Assembly (NCBI RefSeq): GCF_964204645.1 | Contig: NC_134026.1 | Location: 31,034,150 to 31,098,149, forward strand | Origin: Tubulanus polymorphus | Taxonomy: Eukaryota; Animalia; Nemertea | Reading direction: 5' to 3' | Length of the DNA: 64,000 nt | In this document: positions 21,109 through 33,457 of the stretch, piece by piece | How positions within the stretch are numbered: position 1 is the stretch's first letter | Layout: each line of letters opens with the position of its first letter | The notes under the pieces: generated by a model | The model's input: the letters and a program-made list of their open reading frames with translations, nothing else | What the model was told of the DNA's origin: nothing | Database searches by the model: none | Made by a program: the position numbers and the translations under genes

Positions 21109-24100
21109 TCATTCAATAACGCTATCGTATTTCAGTTGTCCTGATTGGTCCACTAATCTGTGTATTGCAGCAAATGTATACGCCATACGGGCGCTTTCAG
21201 TGTCTATCTTAGGCGGAACGTAGCCCTCGGAATTCAGCGTCGATCCGTCAATTTTTACGTCAAGATTTTGCATCTAAAACGATAAAATGAAAGCATTGAA
21301 TACGATGGAAGTATGAATAAATTGTCATTCAGCAAAGTATCATCAATAAATACCCAGTGAGAACGTTGAAGCAAGATAACGCAACATGATGAAATATCTT
21401 TATGGTCTATGAGAAGAATTCCAAAAAATAATTTAACTGATGCCGTAAAGTTTTGGCCGTTTCCTAATCAGGTGGAATGATGATGACATTCAGCGAACAA
21501 AGTCAATTGTCCAGTTGGACAGTGGCTGTGCCAGTTAAAACTCTGGGTGAAAGATTAGTTAATTTTGAATGTTTTAAAGTAAAATCCTAACTCACAAATA
21601 AGTGTAACTGTGGAACAACTGTGGAACTGGGTCCAGATGATAATTCAAGTTCTAGTCTTCAATTGGGGAATCTAGATTTTAACACCGAATTTGTATGAAT
21701 AACTCGTATTACAAAATCCAATAGGCATTTCCCCGGTTTATTACAGATTGTCACAAGCTCCTCGCGTGATGGGAGCGTTTATGTAATATACATAAAATTG
21801 AGCTTCCCTGTGAATGTAATGTGTTCATACATATTGAATCTGTGACAATGTGCGGGTGTTTGAGAGAGAGCATTACATATCGTAACATTATCCTATTAAC
21901 AAAAGGTCAATGATCATGATGACAAATTATAACGAATGCGGAGTGAAGTATTTCGAATAGTTGTTGAGGTCCTCTAGAATAAGGCGTTGCATAAACGCGC
22001 CCTCGTGTTTGTACTCATGTAGGGACCGATCTCAGAGTGTGAAAGTAGGTTTATATCATTAAACCCTTCTGTCGAGAAAACCACAAAATTTACACTTTCA
22101 CGATAAAATAAACACGATGAAGATTAAACCGGAGTGTGATGTAATGTATACCAAAATAATCATCATATTCATCGAGTACCAATCCCCTCATCAACAGAAG
22201 TTGCTAAAACGTACAGATGTTAGATGATTGTGGCGCCCACTGCTCAACCATCCTTAAACACCTTGGCAAATAAACAGATTAAACTAAAAAGGCTTCGTAC
22301 GATTCGTCCGGTGAGATTAACGCGTTATATTTGATCGGAACCCAAAAACCACATCTATACCGACCCCTGCAGGAGTCTGGTCCCCGATGACCATCTGCTG
22401 CCGTAGTTTTAACAAAACTCATTCGATATCTTTTGTTTTTTTCGAACAGACAAAATGTCAATCATACCACCAACCATTGTGTTCATCGAACCATTTGCGG
22501 TTTGGAACCGAGTCCAATCTGTCCTCGCTAACCACACTCTATACGGAAGCTATCAAACCGTTTCTTCAACGGATTAAGACTTACCACATATTTAAGGTTG
22601 GCAAGGAAGGCTTCAATTCGTTGACTGACTTTCTCTAACTCGCACAAGAACCGGTTTGGATGATGTACTTCACCTTCGGGACACGTATGACTCGGGCACG
22701 GGTTACCGCCCAATGTATATAACGTACAAACTACTCGATGTTCCATTTCATAGACTCGATTTATTATATGTTTGTATTGAGTCATCACTCTCAAACCGCT
22801 ATTTAACGCTATCTGAAAGTTTAAAAACAACAAAATCCCGTGTGAAAAATAGCTTTACGTACATTTCATATGATATATATATTTAACTATGCAGTAAGAC
22901 ATTGAGATATCTAATCCTGGATGTATTTATCTTTAAATAGATACTGATTGTATGCATGGTGCGCAAGACCCATACGCGGCAAGGTTTTATTCATTTCTGC
23001 AATTACATCAATTTGTCTCTTTTAAATGAATGAATGCATTTCAAAATTACAGGTCGGGAAGACACGCAATATCTGATGTAAGAAACACTGGTGTAATCAG
23101 TTCAGAAAACATGTTATCATAAATGAATTTACAAGGTTTTGTATATGAAAGGTTTTTGAGAAGGTGCATGAAACATTATATGATTTTGCCAAAAAGGCGA
23201 CATTTGTTCCAGAATTTGTTCTAATCATGGAGGAACAATGAATTAGTCGATGAGGGTTTGAAGTAATCAGACTGAAACTCCAAGATGAGGGACACCCAGG
23301 CTGAAGAAGATATGCATAAGAGTTGGAAAAGGGAGGGGGTGGAGTGAATGCCGGGGAGGGGGTGGGGTAACTGTGACTCGTATTGCGTGAGCTGCTGCTG
23401 CTGCTGCTACCATTTCGGAAACTCATTGATGGATTTATCCATATTTCCCTCCTATATTTAGACGTCGTTTTCTAGTCTTGTATCCTCGATTTTGACAAGA
23501 ATGTTACATAGTTAATGAGAGAGAGGAATGGGACGTCGTTGACACGCGATCTATTATCTATTTGTGAATATACGGCACTTGACCATCGCTTACGCCTACA
23601 CCAGTCTACAATATTCTATTTATTCTTATGTCAATATTGGCAAATATCAGGGGTGAATTTCTTTCCGTGGAAAAAAAACTTAATTGGGTAAAATTCTGCA
23701 CCGATTTCCAAGGTTGTGACGAGTTAAAATTCAATTCATTTTTGATGACTCTTAGTCAAATATTAACTCCAGAACTGTGAGGAACAAGTTCCAGGATCTG
23801 CAGTTCCACATATTTAATTAATTTCTAACAACTGTGGAACTGAAGGTTAGTTACGTGGTAACCGGATAGTCGGTTTCAATAGACAGGTAACCGTCTAATT
23901 CAAATTGAGAAGAAACACCCTCAATCTGAAGTGAACTACTTAGTGTTTGACGTGTCCACTCAATTATGAGACGGTTTTGAAAATAGCTCATAATACTCTC
24001 ATATTTTCTTCCTCATATTACGGGTTTTCTTTAACCTGAAAAGAATTCTACATTTTTTTCTCTGAGATTAAAATAGTAAAATGAGTTAAAAATGAATAAC

Positions 24101-27100
24101 TTACAGCCAAGTCATCATTAACAGTCGGATTAGTGTGGTCCAATATCACTGGTACTATTTCTGGTAAACCAAAATATTGCGCAAACGTCCGCGCAAAATC
24201 GTCGCAGGATGGATAAGCATCTTTAGGAATTTGATCTCTTTGTCGGTGACACTGTAGAAAAAAACAAAATCACAACATGAAGCATCGTAACCTAATCTTT
24301 AACAAGGTATAAACTAACAGAGAATGAATAAAACAAACAGTCACCAGTCAGAAAAAATCGATAGATATTTATCAAATATTTTTTTCATCTGAAAATAATA
24401 CGAAGCAAAATGAATTGACGCAACGCGCGCCAAGTTGTTCTCCTGGACCACCGTGAAGTATTGAGATATTTATCTGGCACGGGGATCATCATTAAGGTCA
24501 TTCCGTCTAAATTTATGTCCACCGCTGTCTACTTAATTGGTAATTAAGGCTTTTATTTTAATTAAAACTAGACAGCAAGCACGCGACTGAGATTACATTG
24601 TTCTCTTATGTAATGAGTCAGAGGCAGTTTTCTTCACTCGGTCAGGTTTTTACGGTGCACTCCGTCAGTAACTGCCCCTTATTGCACTGAGCGCAACCTT
24701 TATACGACGAACAACTCGAGTGTGTGTATGCTGGAATGGGTCCAGTTACACCCTCGATCGAAACATCCAACTATAGTACGATTTATTCCGATTGCCGATT
24801 TCAAAATCAAACCCCAGCTTCGTTGTAAGGTACACAAACACCGAACAAGCATACGATAACATAACAAGGATCAGGGCCCAGTTTCACAAAAAAGTTTAAG
24901 CCTAAAACGGTTAAGTTTGAATTGTTGTCCTCATTGAAAATACGAAGTAACCAATGGCAATTACAGCAAAAATTTTAGTTAAACTTTTTTTTGTGAAACT
25001 GGGCTCAGAACCAGACTCTTCTAAGAAAGCGAGCGTACCTTACTAATTCTATTTAGATATGTATAACTTGTTACAAATTCTTTTGAAAATCATCTATTTA
25101 AAAGTGCCGTGTCAAAAAGGCGAACTTCTTATCGTAAAGAAGGCCAATTTTAGTTATTACTCCCATTTAATGGAAATATCCCTGGATTAAACCATCCTTT
25201 GGAGGACGCGAGGTTTGCGACCTCGAACTGGAGAACGTGGAGGTGGAGTGGATCCGGGTCTAAGTTTAACGTTACACCTCGGTCGGCAATAACGCGCCCT
25301 TGTAAACCGATATACTTCTTGAATGAAAACAAAAAAAACCACCCGATTTAGGCACACCTTTCCACGTGTTCGTCATCACGCACTGCACGCACGCACACAC
25401 ACACGCACGCACGCACGCACGTAGCTCTATCTTGAATGAACAATTTGATAAAAAATTTCAAATAGTAGAAATTGAAATGGTGTGTCTGAAAAAATTGGAA
25501 AAGTTTTAGGTTGATGAAGTTCTTGTAAATTTTCTAGGAAAGAATGGAAGTATGTTCTACCCTCGATTATCCACCCTAATTATCCACCCTCAATTATCCA
25601 CCCTCAGTTTTCCACCCAAAGTTTGAATCCCTTTTACAAAAATTTTGGTTCATCGTCAATTAAGAAATTGAAGACAAGAATTGACAATGACTGTAATACG
25701 AAGTGTGGGCTTCTGGCTTTTAAGGTTAAAAGTTGACCAGGATCTTGTTTCACAGTTGTGAGTTAGAGTTAACTCTGAGTTAAGATTGGTCCGTTTTCAA
25801 CGAGTTAACTCTGAGTCAAATGCGGAATTGGGACCTTGAGATAACTCAGGTTAAAATCAGAACTTTTTTCAGAGTCAAGTCTTAACGCACACACACACTG
25901 TGGATAGCGGGTCCGGTGTTTTCTTAATTTACAATATTGTTCATCTTCTATCAATAAAGTAAATGCGAATTAATGCGGGTGAAGCGGTCACCAGTCACAG
26001 CTCGAGGACGGGGGTTCGGGAATACTGATGTAATCAATCCGATGGTGTAATACTCTGCAATCATCGCTGATGAATATTGATCATTTGGACAAAACTCGAG
26101 AACGGCGGCAGCGGCTGCAAGTCAGTGTTTCCACGAACGATTAGGTAATATCCCTGTTTTAGGTAAAACCTCTCACTCACTCTCAGTATCAGTGCGTGAG
26201 ATAATGTTCTGAAAAAGACGTAACACCGAGAGACGTGTGAGTTGTTGTTCCAGGGTTGTTTCGGGATCCGATGAGGAATATGACTCACCGATTCCGAAGT
26301 TTTCGGTTGACAAATGACATTGACCGCAATTTAGAAGCTCATCGATATGTATACATATACTTGTATCATTAATTGAAGTATGTTTACATTGCTGATAGTA
26401 GATATGTTCACTACCACCGGCTGATATAAATAAATAATACATCCGCGTGAAGCTAATGTTTACGCTGATTGTGTTTATAATAAGTCATTTAATATAGGTG
26501 ATTCATGACACGAACAAACAGCAGATATCTTCGTTTTTAGACTGAGTCACTCTCACTCTCGGACTGGACGGACACGGTCGGTAACTCGCAGGGCCGCCAG
26601 CCGGGCTGTCGCAGCTCGGTGGGTGATGATGCTAAATTTAGAACAATAGGTTTTTCATACCGGTGATTCATTAAAGAAAAAACTATCTTGACTTAATTTG
26701 TGTGTCACCGTCAGATGATAAATTGGTCACGATACAGAGATTTTGTTTATCACTTCGGTGAGAAAGACTTTTTAGAACTGGGGCCAGGTGCACAGTAAGG
26801 TCTTAAAACGTTCTATCGAGTCGACTCATTTTGGTTCTATAACCAATCCTACAACTTAAGACCAGTCTAAGCTCATTTTGGTTCTATAACCAATCTGACA
26901 ACTTAAGACCACTCTAAGCTCATTATTTGTTCTAAATTTAACACTAAGTCTAAGCTCATTTCGGTTCTCAATTGCCAATCTAACACCACTTTTGGATTCA
27001 AGTCTTGCCGTGGAACTGTCCCCAGGAACGATTACGAGTCTGTTTCGCTAACTAACGTACGTTCTAGAGTCTGTTTCGCAAACTAACTTGTTTTTATGTA

Positions 27101-28744
27101 AGGTTGGTATATATGCATTTATACTTTAACTCGTAATACAATGACACTTGCAATGCCTGCTTTTAGATATATATAATACTGAGTAGGCAATTGTGACACA
27201 ATTATCAAGAGTTTATTTCAGTTTTGCTATAAACATTATTGTGTCGTTTAGGTTACATATATACATAAACATTTGAATGTTTGATGGGCATTGCCGGGAC
27301 ATTCTTGCGTGAATACCTCTGTTTGTACGATTTGACCTTTCGCTGATTGAGAAATTTTACTTTTGTTGGAAATATCAATAAAACTATTTTGCTCAATAGA
27401 CAGAACACGATTGAAACGCGTGCCAAAAATAAATGATTGCCATATCTTTCTTTGTCAGTGATTACGCAAGTTTCGAAAGTCAGTCTAAAAATATTGGTAA
27501 AATGTAATTCAAGATATTTCGCACGTAAAAAGGAAATCCGTCTAGCAGTTCAATAGTTAGATACACATTCCTACGCGCCATACCTACATGTAATTAGTCT
27601 ATACTAGAATATATAGATCACAAAAAATCATCCAAATAAGTCGGGCAAAACTCACTACAGAAAAAACAAACCAACTCAATTAGTTACGTGTCTGCATGTA
27701 CGTGGTAGCATACACGATAAAGCATCTCATCATCCCCCACCGACTGCGGAAATGGTCCGATTAGACCATTTGAGTGCAATAACCCCATGAGCTGAGTACC
27801 GCCTCAATGTTCAACAGAAATATATATATATATAGGTATTTTGTTGATGTTTTTCCAGGCACTTACATAAAACATAACTCTGTCAATGGGGGCGGTACGG
27901 TGAACGTGCTGTTATATACTTACATAGTAAATATACGTATCGTTGGATCTGTACTGTAAATCAAGAACTGCTTGTGAGATCAATTTGATTTGCTTCTCTA
28001 ACATAATACTATCCATGAGATCTATACTCCGCCGAGTGCGTAAAACTGAAACCAGTATCTTAGGAGTCGCAAAGCGTTCCCTGTGTCGTAGAAAGCGTCC
28101 TGAGAGTTTACGAAATTGTTGATGTAATCCTGAAAACGTGAAATGCTTTTGCTGCTGATACGCAATGGCTGCTTCTGACGGTGCTGATGATGGTGGTGTT
28201 TGTGAATTGCGGGAGCTATTGGGAATCGATGCTATATCATGAGTTGAGGTCCGACTGAACGGTACTGCTATCGTACTATTTACTATCAGTAGCGTGGAAA
28301 CTAGCACGGCATAAATACCTAGAATATTAAAACAAAACATTAAACAATCTATTTATACCAGGCATTTTTATAATGATTCATAACTTGAAATGAAATTGGC
28401 ATTTTTTTTCAAATATTGCGGTTGATTAATTTGAGTTTTTTTTAAATTTGTATTTCGAAATAAATGCAATGTTTTAAATAGGTGACGCAATGCAGTTGAT
28501 GTGAATATGGAGAAATATTTCACGAAATAACTTTAAAAAAATGTTATTGACGGAAAGAATAACAATAGACGCACTGCTTGCGGAACAGACTGTAAAAACA
28601 AAAACTATTTTCTAAACAGCATTAACATTTAATGAGGCGGATATTTCCGCGAGCTCCAGTCGAGAATAAGAAAAAAATGCACGTAAAAGTATCTTAAAAA
28701 AACAAATATTAATTAGAAAACTTACCGTGGTAACTTCTGGACAT
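21109..28744 (-). CDS. Secreted precursor protein, putative long-chain four-helix (IL-6/LIF/CNTF-like) cytokine, 317 aa
   Basis: Exons: 28744-28726, 28318-27924, 24251-24105, 22812-22585, 21273-21109. All four donors are GTAAGT, acceptors are pyrimidine-rich, intron phases are 1,0,0,0 and the frame is uninterrupted. Signal peptide MSRSYHGIYAVLVSTLLIVNSTIA, furin-type RTRR site, 214-aa mature part with four amphipathic helices and 6 Cys. The gene model is well supported; the family call is inference. Confidence 0.75.
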
Positions 28745-28908
28745 ATTTGCTGGAATAAATTCGTATAATTCCATACTGATTGATAACAGTCCATATAAAA
28801 TAAAGATTTTACGTTGATATATGTAAGGAATGATGTAGTCAGTGTCTGAGAGAGAGAGATATGTTGTTACCCGTCCTGCGAGTTCTATCGCTAATATCAT
28901 ATTTGCCA

Positions 28909-29018
28909 TTTATACTCTTACTATACCGGCTGAATCATTTCATTCACAAAACGACTCCCACGCACGTATCTGATTGGCTGACGCATATCTCTCTGCACGT
29001 GCGCTTTACTACGGGCGG
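28909..29018 (-). promoter_or_regulatory. Core/proximal promoter of the putative cytokine gene
   Basis: TATAAA on the - strand at 28914-28909; AP-1-like TGAATCA 28931-28937; CCAAT 28977-28973; CRE-like TGACGCA 28979-28985; E-box CACGTG 28996-29001; GC box GGGCGG 29013-29018. All lie directly upstream of exon 1. Confidence 0.6.
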
Positions 29019-32000
29019 AATAGATTGTGTATATCTTACCTTATACCATCATCGTACAATAACATGATTATTCCCGAATTGAAATATGTCACATTGGAAA
29101 TAGTTTTATATTCTCGCGAACCACGGCTTACAGAGGGGGTGATGATCTTCCACACATCCTTAATAGACAAGGTCATTGGGTCTAAAAACCGAGGAACTTC
29201 TATTAGCGCTGAATGAACGACTTTAAAGTTGTTATTTTTGGTATAGATGTAGATTCTCGCTGTAATTATCTGTTATTTCTCCTCAAAGTGTTTTTTTTCT
29301 TACGGTTGAGTTGAAACTTATTGGCAGAAAAGGCGTCAGAGTTAAAGAGCTCGGCGCGATCAGAGGCCACGGAGCAGTTCTCCGTGTGAGGTTTTTTTTA
29401 TAACCCGTCTACAGTGTGCCGGTATCGTGTCGAGTTTGTCTGGTTTCGCGCATATTTGACCGAATAAAAGCCTTGAGCTAGTGACCGGTATGTATGTCAC
29501 CTAGAAATATAAAAATTAGGAAAAAACCGTTCAACACTCAGACGTACGGGGTTCAATCAGCCGTCTGCGCACAAATTAGTATCTATAATTGATATAGTCA
29601 GTATATCAGATTGAGTCAAATTACTGGTAATTCAATTATTTGACTTTTTCCAGTTGCCCAGATATAAGAGTCGTATAAAGTTGTAACTTTGACTGCGAGG
29701 GTCCCGTAGAACTACAGTCAAAGTAGGCTGCCGTCCCCGTTAACTTCGATACTCACTTGCCAATATTTATCAGAGAAATGATTTGCACAATTTCCATCAA
29801 ATTTGATGAAAACTCCATTATTTGCAACGCTAAATTTGTTATAACGCATTATCATTCATTCACCCAAACGGTGGCATTGTAAAGGACTTTTACTTTTTTA
29901 CAAGATAGAAACACTGTAAATATATATACAACTTTAGTAAAAACTTGGTCAAATCAGGGAGTTGGGGGTGCACTCCCACCTCCCTGGTCAAATTAACGGC
30001 GTTATGAAAACCAAACAGGAGACAGAGAGAGTTCAATAATGTGTAGGTAGGAATTCACAGATAACCTTGCGATTAGGTCGGATAAAAGTACAATCACTAC
30101 AGGTCGATTGATTTGTGATTTTGTGAAGGTCAGATCGGGCGCATACTCGTGTTGGGCGTGGGTTGATGAATCACTGTGCATTATCTAATAATCCTATATA
30201 GATATAGTTACGTAATATACTCCTGTCCGAAGACATCGCATTTCATTTAGGGGGTATTGCTGCCTTTTGTTGGTCGCAGTTGTCCAAAGATTAGCGTAGA
30301 TTTGAATTATTGAGTAGGCGTTGGTCGACACCGGTAAACATCAAAGCGAATTGAACAACTGCGTTTTATTGTTCGAATCCTGTTTGCGATTTCCGCCCAT
30401 CCGCCCGCCGACCCGATCTCTCTTCCGAGATCCGACGACGTTTATTTGCTCGTTATTTAGAATAGTTTCGGAAGTTTGTGTTGCGGGTTTCGAAAAAAAA
30501 AGTTTACTGGAAATCTATTGAATTGAAAGTGATAACGGAAATGTATATACGCGATATGGAGTCGAACGTTAGATATACTGAGTTAACCTTGCAATCAGCT
30601 TAGAACAATTTCTGTAACATTGAACAATGTTTTACAAATGATCATCTGTCCGACTGAGCTATTTAAACCAGCCATGGTAAAAAAAGCCGTTAGATAATTT
30701 ACCTGTTAGAGGATGGGAAGACTTAAACAGCATCAAAGAACGCTATTACATCGATGCCAACCACCCAACTTATGTTATCTCAGTCAAAAATAGGCTGAAC
30801 TAATTTGAACCGGGAATGGGAGGTGATGAGGAGGTACACGCGAGAGTTCTGCGGTTTTTTGACGGATGAGGGACTCGACTCGACGCGTTCTCGTCTGCGG
30901 CTCACAATGAACCCGATAAATAATGAATTAGAATCAGGCGACAAAAGAGGCGACAACTAATTTGCGGTAGGTCATATCTCGCGGCTCCGTTACAATAGGC
31001 GTTTACCGAATTAGGACCTCGTATGTTGCGGGCTTTCGTAATGTTGGTTTTGAGGCGACGGATTAATCGAAGAAAATCAAACACAAGTGTCGCCAATAAC
31101 GTAGCGTGTAACCTTCTGATCTTTTATACCGCGCGTCTATAAACAGTTGAACGTGTTGTTAGAACTATTAGTTTTAAACACGTTTTGTGATTTGTGTTAC
31201 ACAGCTCGTATCGGTCGTATTGACCTGATAGTCGATATTGGCGCCTAATTACGTCGAATCGTCGAACTTGGAATGTCGCGGCTTCCTTGCGGTTTTAAGT
31301 AATTTGCTATAGTGATTATATTACATGACATTATCGCATTTCCGATGAGTGAGTGAACAGCACAAGCGCGCACCTGATGATGGCGATTGTCTGTTGAGGA
31401 AACAGCAGAAATACGTTGTCGTCTCAATAGACTTTTGGGCGCAGATAAACTTTAAAGGCTTCGACGAGACCAGTCTGAAGCCATTCTAGTGTAGTAGCCA
31501 ATCTGATAACTTCAGGCCTGTCTAAAGACCACGTTTAGACGAAGGTGCATGACCGCGCAACTGGTCACAGGTCCCTCGAGCCAGATACACACCGGTCAAG
31601 GCTTGGACCAGTCTAAGGCAGGGCCGTATAAGCCGGGGCATCCCCATGAATTTTGGAAAAAGTGTACTTTTTTGCAAATATCATTGTTTTATCCCTTAGG
31701 CCTGCCCCTTTTTGTGTTTCTCTGACCCCCCCCCCCCTAATATTCAAATACAGCCCCGCTACGACCATCTCTGGAGAATCGACCAGATTGTGTAAGATTT
31801 AAAAACATCTTTGAACATAAGTCATAACTGTGCGGCTTGGTCTTCGGATCTTAAATGTGTGGCATTTCGCTAGAATAATTTCCAGTAAAATGTGAAGTTC
31901 TGATAAAAAGACGCGTCTGCACGGTTTAACAAATTCTAAGATCGAGAATTCTTCGAAGTAACACATGGTCACATTAAGGGAGAGACCGAAACCAATCGGC

Positions 32001-33373
32001 TATAAAATATATTTATTGCACGCATCATGCAGCATCAGCATCAGATCACTTCCCTGTAACCAGTTCCCGCGACCGATCAGCGCCGGAATTCTCCGAAGTC
32101 TTCCGAATGATGTCAGCGGATTTCCTTCGGTAAATAGATGTGTTACACGAAAACTTCGGTTGTTTCTATTTAAGGATTGAATTCCATAAATAGACGTTAC
32201 ACTAGTGCACTAAACTCAACAACCGACCCACAATCGACGACCACCAACAAACATTTTGACCACTATCTCTCTCAATCATTTTGTCGGGTTCTTTTTGAAC
32301 CCTCTTTAGGCGGCTTTCTGTTTTGTATCCAAATACAACAGACAAATACAACACGCGCGGTTTTGAAACGACGTTTTTTTATAAACCGCAAGATAGCGAA
32401 CACCGACTTAGATTCCGAAAATATAACAATGTGTTCACTACGAAATTAATCGTAGGTTTTGTGAAAAACAATTTTTACACGTTCAGATCTGGTATTGATG
32501 CGGTTTACTAGTAATTTGTACTTAACAACTTTACGCGAACATGTGTCGTTTAGGACGGGTGGTCACCACAAAGAAATAAACATCGTAATTATGTTTACAA
32601 AGTTGTAGAAACGAATTTCCTTAAAATCGTAGAACTAATTTCTAGTGCATTTACAAGGGATAAGATGATTTTATTAATTTTCTACAATTTCCGTGGTCTG
32701 TGGATATTTAAAAAAAAACGAAGAAAACAAACATTTATTATTTTGAAAAAAAGAACCATGAAATTCAATTGATTAAAAGCCAATATATTCAAAATGTTGT
32801 AATTATTATTTTGAAACGCCAATATTGATGACGTTGTACCCATCGATTCCGTTAAATAAGGCATAGTGGTTATCAATATGAAAACATTTTTGTAACGGTT
32901 TTTACAGAATCGAAAAATTTAAAATACAACATAATATCGACGACGATCGTCACGATCAGACCGCTGAACGATGGTTTCGATGAAGCGGTATTCTAGAGGT
33001 ACAATGATGCTGTATCACACGTGGCTCAGATATTGTAACACGTCTTACTGCGGTTTCCGAACAAATTCATTCATTTCCGATTTGACTATTAATCTAACTA
33101 TGTGTAACCATCGTTAATCAGCTATTAGTGGGCTGTGAGTCCCGTTAGCTTCAGGCAGCGGATAGATTAGACGGTTGAAGGTGTGGTATTAAATTGTGCC
33201 GGGCGAATTTTTGTGTTTTTCCGTGTTGCTGAAGACTAAATGTATAAGTATGTAGTAACTACGTGTTTATCACTGTTAAACACTGATAAGTTGATTATCA
33301 CATAATGTTACTGTACAACTTATCATCGATAGAAATGACTCATAATCCTGTTTTAAGCTCGGCCGTCACTTAC

Positions 33374-33374
<1 letters not shown>

Positions 33375-33454
<80 letters not shown>
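33375..33454. repeat. (TA)n microsatellite
   Basis: About 40 TA units. Confidence 0.95.

Positions 33455-33457
<3 letters not shown>

Noticed and set aside
28709-28909. ATG at 28909 as the start of the cytokine-like protein
   Set aside because: It overlaps the TATA box and would bury the signal peptide; 28744 (or 28774) fits better.
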